A stretch of DNA of 64,000 nt, taken from positions 512,001-576,000 of the forward strand of contig OZ242383.1 of NCBI GenBank assembly GCA_965209155.1, written 5' to 3'. Source of the stretch: a bacterium (GTDB lineage: Bacteria; SAR324; NAC60-12). Made by a program: the position numbers and the translations under genes. Below are positions 19,798 to 28,921 of this stretch, piece by piece (position 1 is the first letter of the stretch; each line of letters starts with the position of its first letter). Below the pieces are notes generated by a model, which made no database searches, was not told the DNA's origin, and saw only the letters and a program-made list of their open reading frames with translations.

Positions 19798-20030
19798 TTT
19801 ACATCTTCAAATTTCAGTAAACGGAAAAGTCCTTTGGATGGCTTATAGATCTTGTCAGGGTATTTTTCGGTTAACTTCCAGACGCAACCGTTAACCGTTT
19901 TCGGATGAAAGGCGCGATTTGATGCCTCTATCTGTTTACGCAGTTCTGTCCAGCGCAAACCCTCCGGATTTTGCTCGAGCAACTCTAAGGCTTTTTCATA
20001 AATCAGTCCGGTGACGGTGGGTTTTCCCAT
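19794..20030 (-). CDS. Small hypothetical protein, possibly winged-helix
   Basis: 78 aa with RBS; ELLEQNPEGLRWTEL...KPSKGLFRL; operon-like spacing. Confidence 0.6.
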   Translation of the reverse strand: MGKPTVTGLIYEKALELLEQNPEGLRWTELRKQIEASNRAFHPKTVNGCVWKLTEKYPDKIYKPSKGLFRLLKFEDVK

Positions 20031-20054
20031 ATATTGTCATCTAGCTCCATTTGA

Positions 20055-20951
20055 TTATTCCTTTCCCGCCCTTTCTAAGTCGGCAATAATAATTTTCTTC
20101 ATCTCGAGCATTACCGGAGTGGTCTTTTCAGGATTCTTTGAGATCAGTTCTCCCATATTCTCGGGCAAGATGATCCAGGAAATGCCATACTTGTCTTTAA
20201 CCCAGCCGCATTGCTCCGATTCTGAAACGGCTGAGAGTTTGTTCCAAAAAAAATCTATTTCTTCTTGATCTTTGCAATTGATTATGAATGAAATGGCTTC
20301 ATTGAACGTGAAATGGTGTTCATGCGCACTATCCATAGCTGCAAACCACTGTCCTTCGAGTTTGAAGTCTGTGAACATGATGGTACCTTCTTTGTCTGGT
20401 TCAGACCCTGCCGGATAGCGCGCAATCGCCCCTCTCTTGGAATGATTAAAGATGGAGAGGTAAAAATCAGATGCCTCTTGAGCCTTACCACACAAATTTC
20501 CAACGAATAATAGTGAAGGAATAATCGGAGGTCGCTCCTCCCCTTCAGGATTTGTATATATCAACTGCCAGGATACACCATACTTATCTTGTATCCATCC
20601 ATAATGTTCACTGAATGGGTACTTGTCCAAGGGCATAAGTACCTCACCCCTCGTGGAAAGCTTTTCCCAAACTTCATCAATGCGCCTTCTGGCCTCTACG
20701 TCTTGAGATGGATCAAAATTGACTATGAAGGAGATAGATGGATTTTTTTTGAAATGAGGACCGGCGCTTATTGCCATGAAGTGATAACCCATGAGCTCGA
20801 ATCCGACAATGTCGCAGTCTCCTGATGGAGTATTTTGCATTATTGAATGTTGCGTGACCTTTGAATCTTTGAAGATTGAAGTGTATAACCCTGCAGCTTC
20901 TAATCCTTCTTTATCAAACCATAAATGGGGCACAATCTTTTGTTTTATCAA
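20055..20951 (-). CDS. Two-domain VOC/PhnB (3-demethylubiquinone-9 3-methyltransferase-like) protein
   Basis: QKIVPHLWFD, YGWIQDKYGVSWQ, FTFNEAISF, CGWVKDKYGISW. Confidence 0.9.
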   Translation of the reverse strand: MIKQKIVPHLWFDKEGLEAAGLYTSIFKDSKVTQHSIMQNTPSGDCDIVGFELMGYHFMAISAGPHFKKNPSISFIVNFDPSQDVEARRRIDEVWEKLSTRGEVLMPLDKYPFSEHYGWIQDKYGVSWQLIYTNPEGEERPPIIPSLLFVGNLCGKAQEASDFYLSIFNHSKRGAIARYPAGSEPDKEGTIMFTDFKLEGQWFAAMDSAHEHHFTFNEAISFIINCKDQEEIDFFWNKLSAVSESEQCGWVKDKYGISWIILPENMGELISKNPEKTTPVMLEMKKIIIADLERAGKE

Positions 20952-21325
20952 TTCCTCTCCTCCACTACCGTCTTGAATCCTCCATAAGCCATTTTTTTGA
21001 TGTCAAAAGGCATAGGCATATCCTTATTCTTTGGATCATTGAGAACCGGATCTTTCATCACTTTTGCATTGACCAGATTTCTATGCTTCTTGGACTGATA
21101 GACAATAAATGAAAAAAATACGACCTCTCCCGGTTTGGCCTTCGTCATTTTCGGAAATGCCAGTCCCTTCCATTCCTCAACGCTTTTCATATCGTCTCCC
21201 ATACACTCCAAATACTCTAAAGCGCCATATTTTTTCCAAATCTTTCCTGCCTCAGATGCCATTTTCTTATAGGCTTTCAGTTTGTTTTTCTTCACCACAA
21301 ACACGAATCCATCTACGTAAGTCAT
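20948..21325 (-). CDS. DUF1428 family protein
   Basis: YVDGFV..V......Y...A......W..YGALEY.EC...MPFD.K.M.YGGF. Confidence 0.92.
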   Translation of the reverse strand: MTYVDGFVFVVKKNKLKAYKKMASEAGKIWKKYGALEYLECMGDDMKSVEEWKGLAFPKMTKAKPGEVVFFSFIVYQSKKHRNLVNAKVMKDPVLNDPKNKDMPMPFDIKKMAYGGFKTVVEERN

Positions 21326-21344
21326 AATATTTACCTCTACCTTT

Positions 21345-21490
21345 TACTTTCCTGGTATAAAACCAGTCAATTTCCTTCCGTATCCATGAATGCCGCAATC
21401 CATCCTTCTCCAAGCGCAATTCCTGTCTCGGGAATGCAAAAAGTACCACCATTGTCTTTTGTTGTCATCAATAGAATCAACGCTCGACAA
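21345..21490 (-). pseudogene. Glyoxalase/VOC protein C-terminal remnant
   Basis: VDSIDD..(frameshift)..NGG....P.T.I..G.GW.A.F.DTEGN*L.LYQ; 5' half absent. Confidence 0.6.
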
Positions 21491-22138
21491 ATTGCACTCC
21501 CTCTATCACATTAGCTGATCGTTAAGATCCGTCTAATCGGATTACAATTCTTGATTTTATTTGTTTGAATGGTTTTGTCAAGATCAAATATCATCAATCA
21601 TCCCTTTAAAATACCGAATTTTCCAAACTTTCAAGCCTGACACATTGACAATCAAGGGTCCAAAGGGATACGTGAAAACTCATCTTCTGCAAATCAATTC
21701 CAACAAAAAAAGGGATTGACCTGATAATGATTCAATATTATCCTTTTTATGACAGTCTCCTCTAAAGGGTTGTTTGTAAGCGGACAAGGAGCGTTTCGGA
21801 TTCGATGGTAGCGCAAATGCGTGGTGTCTTGTCGTAGCGGTCGAATTCCATCTCGGAATTTCCTGATGTGGCCGCACCAAAGGCATCTGGTGTCCGCGCG
21901 CAACGGAGCAGAGCAGGATAAAAACAGAAACTCTTGAATCATTCAGAAAACAAAATAAACTTAAATGAGGAATTCAATGAATCTTCCATATATCCACACC
22001 GAACGACTATCGGATTAACCTCTGTCAAAGGATTACCCTAAAGATTTTTGACAATGGATTTGCGAAGGATTCGATATCACTTGCAACGAGACGCAAACTT
22101 AAAAATGAATTAGCCTATAGAATCAGGGAGGTTACGAA

Positions 22139-22561
22139 ATGGAAAATAAAGCACAGGTTGTTAAACACCTGGAAATGATTCAGGCGGTCATCAACCGCTT
22201 GGGCCATGACTCCTTCCTGGTCAAGAGTTGGAGTATGATCCTTCTAGTTGGCGGAATTGTCCTGGTTTCAAGAAGTGTACTTGAATACGGGTACATTGCC
22301 TTGGCATTCCTGATTCCAGTAATAGGTTTCTGGATGCTGGATGGTTATTTTCTGTGGCAAGAGCGGTTGTTTCGGGAAATTTATAATGAGGTCAGGGAGC
22401 AAGAAACAACACGTTTTGAAATGAATCCCATGAAACATATCAACAAACCAAAACGCAGTTGGCTTTCGTCTGTTTTCTCAGTCACGCTGAACATATTCTA
22501 TGGTATCGAAATTTTATTTGTATGCGTAATCTTTTTCAGCCTGAAAACAGGAGGATTTTAA
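22139..22561 (+). CDS. Small multi-TM protein of the 'KHLE.IQ.VI.R...SF..K.W / FW.LD.YFL.QER.FR' type (TIR-associated candidate effector)
   Basis: RBS GGGAGG; about three hydrophobic segments; ends 2 nt upstream of the TIR gene. Confidence 0.75.
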   Translation: MENKAQVVKHLEMIQAVINRLGHDSFLVKSWSMILLVGGIVLVSRSVLEYGYIALAFLIPVIGFWMLDGYFLWQERLFREIYNEVREQETTRFEMNPMKHINKPKRSWLSSVFSVTLNIFYGIEILFVCVIFFSLKTGGF

Positions 22562-22563
22562 TC

Positions 22564-22893
22564 ATGGCACCAAAAAGAAAAGTTATTTATAGCTTCCACT
22601 ATAAGCCAGATAACTGGCGTGCGTCACAAATCAGAAATATAGGTTTGGTTGAAGGCAACAAACCCGCCTCAGATAACGATTGGGAAATAATTACAAAAGG
22701 AGGTGATAATGCGATTAGTCGTTGGATAGATAGTCAGGTGCAGTACAGGTCCTGCGCGGTTGTCCTTGTCGGAACCAACACTGCGAATAGAAAGTGGATC
22801 AATTATGAAATAGTCAAAAGCAAGAGCTTTCTCCGGAGACTATTTCCATTGTCTGTTTTCAGCGACAGTGAGCCACATCCGAAGTGGAGATGA
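22564..22893 (+). pseudogene. ThsB-like TIR-domain protein (DUF1863/MTH538-like), C-terminally truncated
   Basis: RBS GGAGG; KRKV.YSFHY..DNWRASQ.RN.G...NDWE...WID.Q...RSC.VVLVG..TA.RKWINYEI; homology breaks after IVKS (~22820). Confidence 0.8.
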
Positions 22894-22943
22894 AAGTTAT
22901 TTTAGTCGAGAAATTGAAAGAAGACTGAATTAAACGGATTGAT

Positions 22944-23591
22944 TCACTTCGATTCTTTGAGAATCACCTTTCTGAATGTGAGCGAAATTCTACGCTGCCT
23001 TTCATACTTTTGACCATCCCATATATCTGACCGTCGGGGAGCAATACCGTGAAACCATTCATATCTGGCTTCATCCTTCAAAACGATAATACTCCTTGGC
23101 GCAAGCCAGACAGGAATCTTTTTCGTTTTGTCCAATTTGTTTGTGAAATCCATAACACAAGCTGAAATCAAACTCAAAGAGACAATCGTATCTTCAAAAC
23201 AGGGTGCACAATCAATGTGACTTGCAATCCCATGTCCGGGTTTATATTCATTGACAATAACCTGGTCTGGTTCTGTTGGCATGTAGCCATCTTCTTTTAG
23301 TTTTCGACCAAGTGTTTGCAGCCATTTCGGCAAATGATCAATGCGCATATCAAGGTTCACGTGCCTCGCTTTGTAGTCGTACTTGAATCCGTAATGTTGA
23401 ACACGACGCTTAAGATCACTAAGCCACTGCTGTTCGTCAATATGATGTAATAGCTGCGTTTGCTCCCATTCATCTATGTAGTCTTCTTTATAACTGAATC
23501 CCTTGATTGAATTAATTGCTTCCTGATTGCTTGAAAGAGATCGTGATCGGGGTGATTGTTGGTCGAGTGAGGGGAAGCTTAATTGTTCCAT
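22944..23591 (-). CDS. AlkB-like 2OG-Fe(II) dioxygenase
   Basis: RRVQHYG..YDY, Q.IVNEY.PG.GI..HID, W.HGI, RISLTFR. Confidence 0.92.
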   Translation of the reverse strand: MEQLSFPSLDQQSPRSRSLSSNQEAINSIKGFSYKEDYIDEWEQTQLLHHIDEQQWLSDLKRRVQHYGFKYDYKARHVNLDMRIDHLPKWLQTLGRKLKEDGYMPTEPDQVIVNEYKPGHGIASHIDCAPCFEDTIVSLSLISACVMDFTNKLDKTKKIPVWLAPRSIIVLKDEARYEWFHGIAPRRSDIWDGQKYERQRRISLTFRKVILKESK

Positions 23592-24054
23592 TTTTTGTCT
23601 TCCTTCAGTCGAATCGAGTCGTTGAAAAGTAGATCATTGAAAACTTTGGCATTATGAAGTGATCCAGTAATCAGGCTGTCATAGCAAAACCACTGGATAC
23701 TGGATTCGATGATTCGACTTCTAAACCCCGTAAGGTTTTTTAAGGATTTCCCAATTTTCGTGTAACCGTGAAAAGTCGGAATTCTGATACATTATGCGCA
23801 AATTATGTTTGCTGTATTTTTCCACAATCTGAACCATTGCATCAGACAAGGCCCTAATGTCTAGTGAACGGCTTGGAGGAGGCAGGCCATCGATTATTTG
23901 ATTGGGAACGAGTCTGTTTTTTTGCCCCCTTATCATTTAATCAAATGCCTGACTGCTTCCGTTCCTATGATTCGCAGGGTTCCCGCTTCGCTCATAGGGC
24001 TCCCGTCCCCAATGTTCGCTCCGTTCTGCCTTCATTCATTTGGAAATATAAATT

Positions 24055-24326
24055 ACCTGAGTTCGAGATAAGCATTTAATAAATTCAATATGTTATGGAA
24101 TCTTCATAACTTCGAGAAACCGTGTCTTTCCTGCGAAACTTGTCCACGCGAAAACGGGGAGCGGGGAGCCTGGAGCAGAAATCCAGGAGCGTGTCATTCC
24201 TGGCACAGTGAGAGTCATTCCTGGCTTGACCAGGAATCCAGCACGAACCCTGGATACCGGATCAAGTCCGGTATGACACATACACCAGGATTCTCATATT
24301 TTTGAAGATTTATGTCGAACTCAGGT
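24055..24326 (+). mobile_element. MITE-like element, copy 2 (with extra REP units)
   Basis: TIR ACCTGAGTTCGA / TCGAACTCAGGT; arms shared with 16677-16895. Confidence 0.85.
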
Positions 24327-24439
24327 TAAATACCAACTTGATGGCTGAAACCCACTCGCAACAACTCCAATAATTCATCCGGGTTTTGAAGACTATTGAA
24401 CATTTCTTTAAATTCCATTATTGTCAATTCCAATTTCAT
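24327..24439 (-). pseudogene. IS256-like transposase N-terminal stub cut by the MITE
   Basis: RBS AAGGAG, then MKLELTIMEFKEMFNSLQNPDELLELLRVGFSHQVG, ending at the MITE boundary. Confidence 0.45.
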
Positions 24440-24747
24440 GGGGCTTTCTCCTTAAGTAGGTATATATGGGACATCATCAACCTACCAGGAAAGTCTTATG
24501 GATTCAACCCTACTCAATTTCGCAAAATTTAATTTACACTATCTGCGAAAAAACACTTGGTTAGAACTCAGAGGACTTCACAAGTCTTTTTTTCAGCAAA
24601 TTGATTACGGATGCCTTGATAAACCTTATTTGAAACTACACAGTTTGTTTAATATTTCCCAACGGGTTTTCCACCAGTGCTGCATAAGAGGATCCAAAAT
24701 TATCTTTTTCTACTTCCTCGTTATTCGGCAAAGATCAGGAGTATTGG

Positions 24748-25827
24748 ATGAGAGAGGATAAAATTAAGATCGGAAAAGCTGTGCAAACTCATCTGTTTTC
24801 GGAATGGCAAGGGCAACGAAAAGAACCTGATGTAGGCGACATGTTCGCTCGCGACCAAGTAAAAATTTACTTTGACAGAGCCGAAAATCTTTATGAATCG
24901 TGGCGAAATCCCACATGTATCATTTCTGACGGTCCATACGGCGTCAGCGGTTATCCCGGCGATAGCCACAAGACTGAAACCCTTACCGATTGGTATGAAC
25001 CTCACATCAAGTCTTGGAGTAAGTACTCTTCCCCTGAAACAACGCTTTGGTTCTGGAACACCGAAGTTGGCTGGGCAACGGTACACCTGCTGCTGTTAGC
25101 TAATGGCTGGGAGTATCGTTGCTGTAATATTTGGGATAAAGGGTTGGGGCACGTTGCAGGCAACGTGAACACGCAGACACTACGCAAATTTCCGATTGTT
25201 ACCGAGGTTTGCGCACAATACGTCAAGACTGCCGTGTTTCAAGTGGACAACAACCATCTGACTATGAAAAAATGGCTTCGTTATGAATGGAAACGAACGA
25301 AATTACCATTTCGTCTGGCTAATGAAGCGTGTGGAGTGCTCAACGCGGCGACCAGAAAATATTTAACTGCTGATCATCTTTGGTATTACCCACCCGTGGG
25401 AGCTTTCGTGAAGCTGTCGCAATACGCGAATGAACATGGCGACCCGAAAGGACGACCCTATTTCAGCATTGATGGAAAGGATCCTATTCCCGGTCACCAA
25501 TGGGCCAAGTTGCGGGCGAAATTTACTTGTGACGTGGGGGTGACCAATGTTTGGCGTGAACCGCAGGTTAGCGGATCGGAAAGAATTCAGGGAACGAGAA
25601 ACGAAATGAAGTACAAATTCAGTAGCTTACACGGTAGTCAGAAACCTTTGAAGTTTACCGAGCTTATCATCCGTGCTACGACGGATAAAGGCGACGTCGT
25701 ATGGGAGCCTTTCGGTGGTCTGTGTCCGGGAGCGGTGGTCTCCCACCACCTTGGGCGTCAATACTACGCCGCCGAGATTATTCCCGAGTTTTATACCGCA
25801 GCGGTGGAAAGGCTTGCCACATCATGA
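24748..25827 (+). CDS. N4-C/N6-A DNA methyltransferase, beta-class motif order
   Basis: IISDGPYG (motif IV variant) N-terminal; H..QKP and VWEPFGG (motif I variant) C-terminal. Confidence 0.88.
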   Translation: MREDKIKIGKAVQTHLFSEWQGQRKEPDVGDMFARDQVKIYFDRAENLYESWRNPTCIISDGPYGVSGYPGDSHKTETLTDWYEPHIKSWSKYSSPETTLWFWNTEVGWATVHLLLLANGWEYRCCNIWDKGLGHVAGNVNTQTLRKFPIVTEVCAQYVKTAVFQVDNNHLTMKKWLRYEWKRTKLPFRLANEACGVLNAATRKYLTADHLWYYPPVGAFVKLSQYANEHGDPKGRPYFSIDGKDPIPGHQWAKLRAKFTCDVGVTNVWREPQVSGSERIQGTRNEMKYKFSSLHGSQKPLKFTELIIRATTDKGDVVWEPFGGLCPGAVVSHHLGRQYYAAEIIPEFYTAAVERLATS

Positions 25828-26741
25828 GCGAGGAGAATGGTTTGACGGTCCCATCCAGAGACTTCCCATCCACAAATGATGAGCACTATAAACTATACAG
25901 GGATGTGCGTGAGGCCATATCCTCTTTACCGATCTACTTCCGTACAGAAACTCATATCTCTGGAATTATGGCTACCGATCTTCATACGCTGAATACTGTT
26001 CTTGGAGCGACGATTGAAGAGCAGGTTGTCCGTACCTTGAATCTGATTCGCAACACGTGGGACCCGGATGAGAATTACACTCTTTATAGCTTTGTGAGGC
26101 AGGCACAAACGTTCCCTGACGTCCTTCTGCGCAGGACATCCACAGAAGAGATTCTCTTGGGAATCGAGTTGAAGGGATGGTACTTGCTGGCGAAAGAAGC
26201 GGAACCCAGTTTGAGATTTCAGGCAACCGCAGACGCCTGCGCAAGGCGTGATTTAATCGTCGTGGTTCCATGGGTCTTGGGGAATGTGATCAGTGGGTCC
26301 CCCATCCTATTTGAACCGTTTGTCGAGTCAGCTAAGTATGCAGCTGAATATCGAAATTACTACTGGCAGTACGTTCGCAAAACCAAGCAGGACACATACA
26401 TCGAGATTTCAAGTGGAGTCAGTCCATATCCTTCAAAGTCAGATCAGATTCTCGATAGACCACGTTCTGATGGCGGCAGTAACTTTGGCCGACTGGCACG
26501 TACAGGTATGATGGACTCATACATACGGAAGCTCAATGAGGTCCAACTATGTGGTATCAAGACAGACCACTGGCGTCAATTCTTGAAGGCCTTTCAAGAG
26601 AGCACTACTGATGCTGAAGCACAAGCTGCCCTCGAGCGTCTCAATAGAAGGGTGCAGCAAACGACTGACATTGATTGCCCAAAGGCTAAATCTGCGTTGG
26701 TGATTATAGCCGAACTTGAAAATCTTCTGGACTCAGAATAA
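25824..26741 (+). CDS. Putative type II restriction endonuclease (PD-(D/E)XK)
   Basis: ATGA overlap with the MTase stop; FPDVLL...GIELKGW motif. Confidence 0.72.
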   Translation: MSEENGLTVPSRDFPSTNDEHYKLYRDVREAISSLPIYFRTETHISGIMATDLHTLNTVLGATIEEQVVRTLNLIRNTWDPDENYTLYSFVRQAQTFPDVLLRRTSTEEILLGIELKGWYLLAKEAEPSLRFQATADACARRDLIVVVPWVLGNVISGSPILFEPFVESAKYAAEYRNYYWQYVRKTKQDTYIEISSGVSPYPSKSDQILDRPRSDGGSNFGRLARTGMMDSYIRKLNEVQLCGIKTDHWRQFLKAFQESTTDAEAQAALERLNRRVQQTTDIDCPKAKSALVIIAELENLLDSE

Positions 26742-26826
26742 AAGAGCGATACACTAGAATTAGATGAGGGGTTCATTTGGAGACTTCCAAAGCCTTCATT
26801 TCACCAACACGACAGAGATTTTGATA

Positions 26827-27927
26827 ATGAAAATATGTGCCTTATGTGATACGGAAATCACAAGGAATAATGATACAAAGGAACATGTGATACCTAATGC
26901 CATTGGTGGCAGAAAAAAAATAAAGGGTTTCATTTGTAAAAATTGCAATAGTAAATCAGGTGCGGAATGGGATGCTGATTTAGCCAATAAGCTGAATCCC
27001 TTGAGCCTTATCTTCAGGATACAAAGAGAAAAAGGTGAAGTACCAGCTCAATCCTTCAAAACAACTGGTGGAGAGGAATATATTCTTAATACTGATGGTA
27101 GCATGAGTCTTACAAAGCCTGTGTGTTCAGAACAAAAATATGAAAATGGCGCTGAAATCGGAATCCAAGCTCGCTCAGAAAAAGAACTAAAAAAAATGCG
27201 GAAAGGAGTAATAAGAAAATACTCGCAAATTTATCCAGGTCACCATATTGAAAATGCTAAACATTCATCTAAATATTCCACCAAAAGATTTCTAATGAAT
27301 TATTCGTTTGATGAGCAAAAAGCAGGACGTTCGATGATAAAATCAGCTCTGTCACTCGCTGTAGAAAATGGAATCCCTCCTGCAGATTGTGAACATGCAC
27401 GTGATTATTTATTGAATGATAACAGTGAAGCCTGTTATGGCTACTATTATGAGCAAGACTTGGTCGTAAACAGACCTTGGGAAGTACCTTTCCATTGTGT
27501 TGCCGTACAGGGAACTCCTGATTCAGGTCTCCTTGTGGCATACGTTGAATATTTTGGTTTTCTGAGAATGATAGCTTGTTTATCCAGCAATTATACCGGA
27601 AATGAGTTCAACAGCGTATATGCCATAGATCCTGTCAATGGAACAGAACTTGATCTCTCAATTAATTTGAATATTTCAAAGGAAAAAATTAAGTCTGCGT
27701 ATCGAGGTGAAAAAGCACCGGAATGTTCTTTAAAATGCGCGTTGGGAAACGTCATTCGGATACATCAAAAACTAGAGTTACATCGTGTATTCAATAAGGC
27801 TTTTGATAATGCTCTGTCAAAGTGTGGTGTAAAAAAAGATCAAACATTATCAACTGAACAAATGAGCAAATTAGGAGATTTGTTCATGACAGAAATATAC
27901 CCTCTGCTACCACATCTTATTGGTTGA
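26827..27927 (+). CDS. HNH endonuclease-domain protein
   Basis: C..C...EHVIPNAIGG.......IC..CN..G..WD; AT-rich; start placed at MKICALC. Confidence 0.85.
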   Translation: MKICALCDTEITRNNDTKEHVIPNAIGGRKKIKGFICKNCNSKSGAEWDADLANKLNPLSLIFRIQREKGEVPAQSFKTTGGEEYILNTDGSMSLTKPVCSEQKYENGAEIGIQARSEKELKKMRKGVIRKYSQIYPGHHIENAKHSSKYSTKRFLMNYSFDEQKAGRSMIKSALSLAVENGIPPADCEHARDYLLNDNSEACYGYYYEQDLVVNRPWEVPFHCVAVQGTPDSGLLVAYVEYFGFLRMIACLSSNYTGNEFNSVYAIDPVNGTELDLSINLNISKEKIKSAYRGEKAPECSLKCALGNVIRIHQKLELHRVFNKAFDNALSKCGVKKDQTLSTEQMSKLGDLFMTEIYPLLPHLIG

Positions 27928-28078
27928 GATCATAAAGCCACATGACAAACCCTTCCGATTGTTACAGTTCGACAAATCGAGATATAAATCGACCATGTAA
28001 AACATAGTTTCGATAATAGCCGCGTTGCCCGAGTCACTCATCACGTTAAAAGCAACGCGCACTAATCTTATCTGGGAA

Positions 28079-28697
28079 TTAAACCACCCTCAGCTGAAGC
28101 TGAGGGATTTAGGCAAAGGGCTATAAGCCCAACATTCAGCTTAAGCTGTCATTCGAGCCGGATATTCTCAATGTGATCCGGTTGATGGGCATCAGAGTGA
28201 TTGTTGATATATTCATGAATCATTTCATCAGTCACATTACCACTGGTCGCACTAAAAAATCCTCGCGCCCAGAAATGTCGGCCCCAATAGCGATTTTTCA
28301 AAATAGGTTGGAATTCCATTTGAATTTTTCGCGAACTCCGCCCTTTGGCTTTTTGTACAAAATCACTGACACTCACATGAGGGGGAATTGAGACAAAAAG
28401 ATGAACATGATCAGAAGAAACAACCCCGCTTTCAATATGGACTCGCATCTCTTCAGCCACTTGGCCGACAATATCGCGACCCCTCTTCTTGATCTCCTGA
28501 TTCATGATTTTGTAACGATATTTGGTAATCCACACCAGGTGAAAGCGATGATGATAGGTGCTGTGGCTCCCTTTTGAATATGAAGTTCCCATGGAATGAG
28601 ATACAACTATTTCATGGGAAATCTCAATGCAATTCTAATTTTGACTGAAGCTCTCTTTCCATCTGGAAGACGGAGGATTTAGACCATTTATGAGACA
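28079..28697 (-). mobile_element. IS200/IS605-family element (tnpA only)
   Basis: Subterminal hairpins CCCTCAGC-TGAA-GCTGAGGG (~28087) and one near 28655-28680 flank tnpA; ends approximate. Confidence 0.75.
28149..28592 (-). CDS. tnpA: IS200/IS605 Y1 transposase TnpA
   Basis: HLVWITKYR, DHVHL (HUH), KGRSS, FWARGFF, YI..H. Confidence 0.93.
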   Translation of the reverse strand: MGTSYSKGSHSTYHHRFHLVWITKYRYKIMNQEIKKRGRDIVGQVAEEMRVHIESGVVSSDHVHLFVSIPPHVSVSDFVQKAKGRSSRKIQMEFQPILKNRYWGRHFWARGFFSATSGNVTDEMIHEYINNHSDAHQPDHIENIRLE

Positions 28698-28850
28698 TTG
28701 AAGTCTTTCCCATTGTGTATCACTGACATCACGGTTATAACCTGAACGTTTCATGTTCACTCCATGTTATTTAAGGTTTCATTTCTCTCAAAATGAATGG
28801 GATATGGAACACTTCCAATAGGAAGCTCAACTTATTTCAAACAGGATCTG
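28698..28850 (-). mobile_element. Left-end remnant of the IS5 element found at 36405-37292
   Basis: ~150 bp closely similar to 37144-37293, including TTTCAAACAGG.TCT and the transposase start. Confidence 0.85.
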
Positions 28851-28921
28851 AATATTCCTCTGTACAGAGGGATGGGGATGTACTAGTCTGACTGTACTAT
28901 TTCTCACGCAAGGACGTCGAC

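Noticed and set aside
23947..24029. Possible integron attC site (minus strand GCAGAAC...GTCAGGC with an inner CCTATGA/TCATAGG dyad)
   Set aside because: The R boxes deviate from RYYYAAC/GTTRRRY, outer pairing is poor, and no integron integrase or second similar site is in the window
24090..24305. Small ORFs inside the MITE/REP copies (also 38915-39135 and 62461-62751)
   Set aside because: They are translations of non-coding repeats without RBS or family motifs
25701..25823. Longer N-terminus of the restriction endonuclease ORF
   Set aside because: It overlaps the MTase C-terminus; the ATGA-coupled start at 25824 is more plausible
28592..28700. tnpB / omega-RNA associated with IS200 tnpA
   Set aside because: No tnpB ORF on either side; the element is only ~0.6 kb
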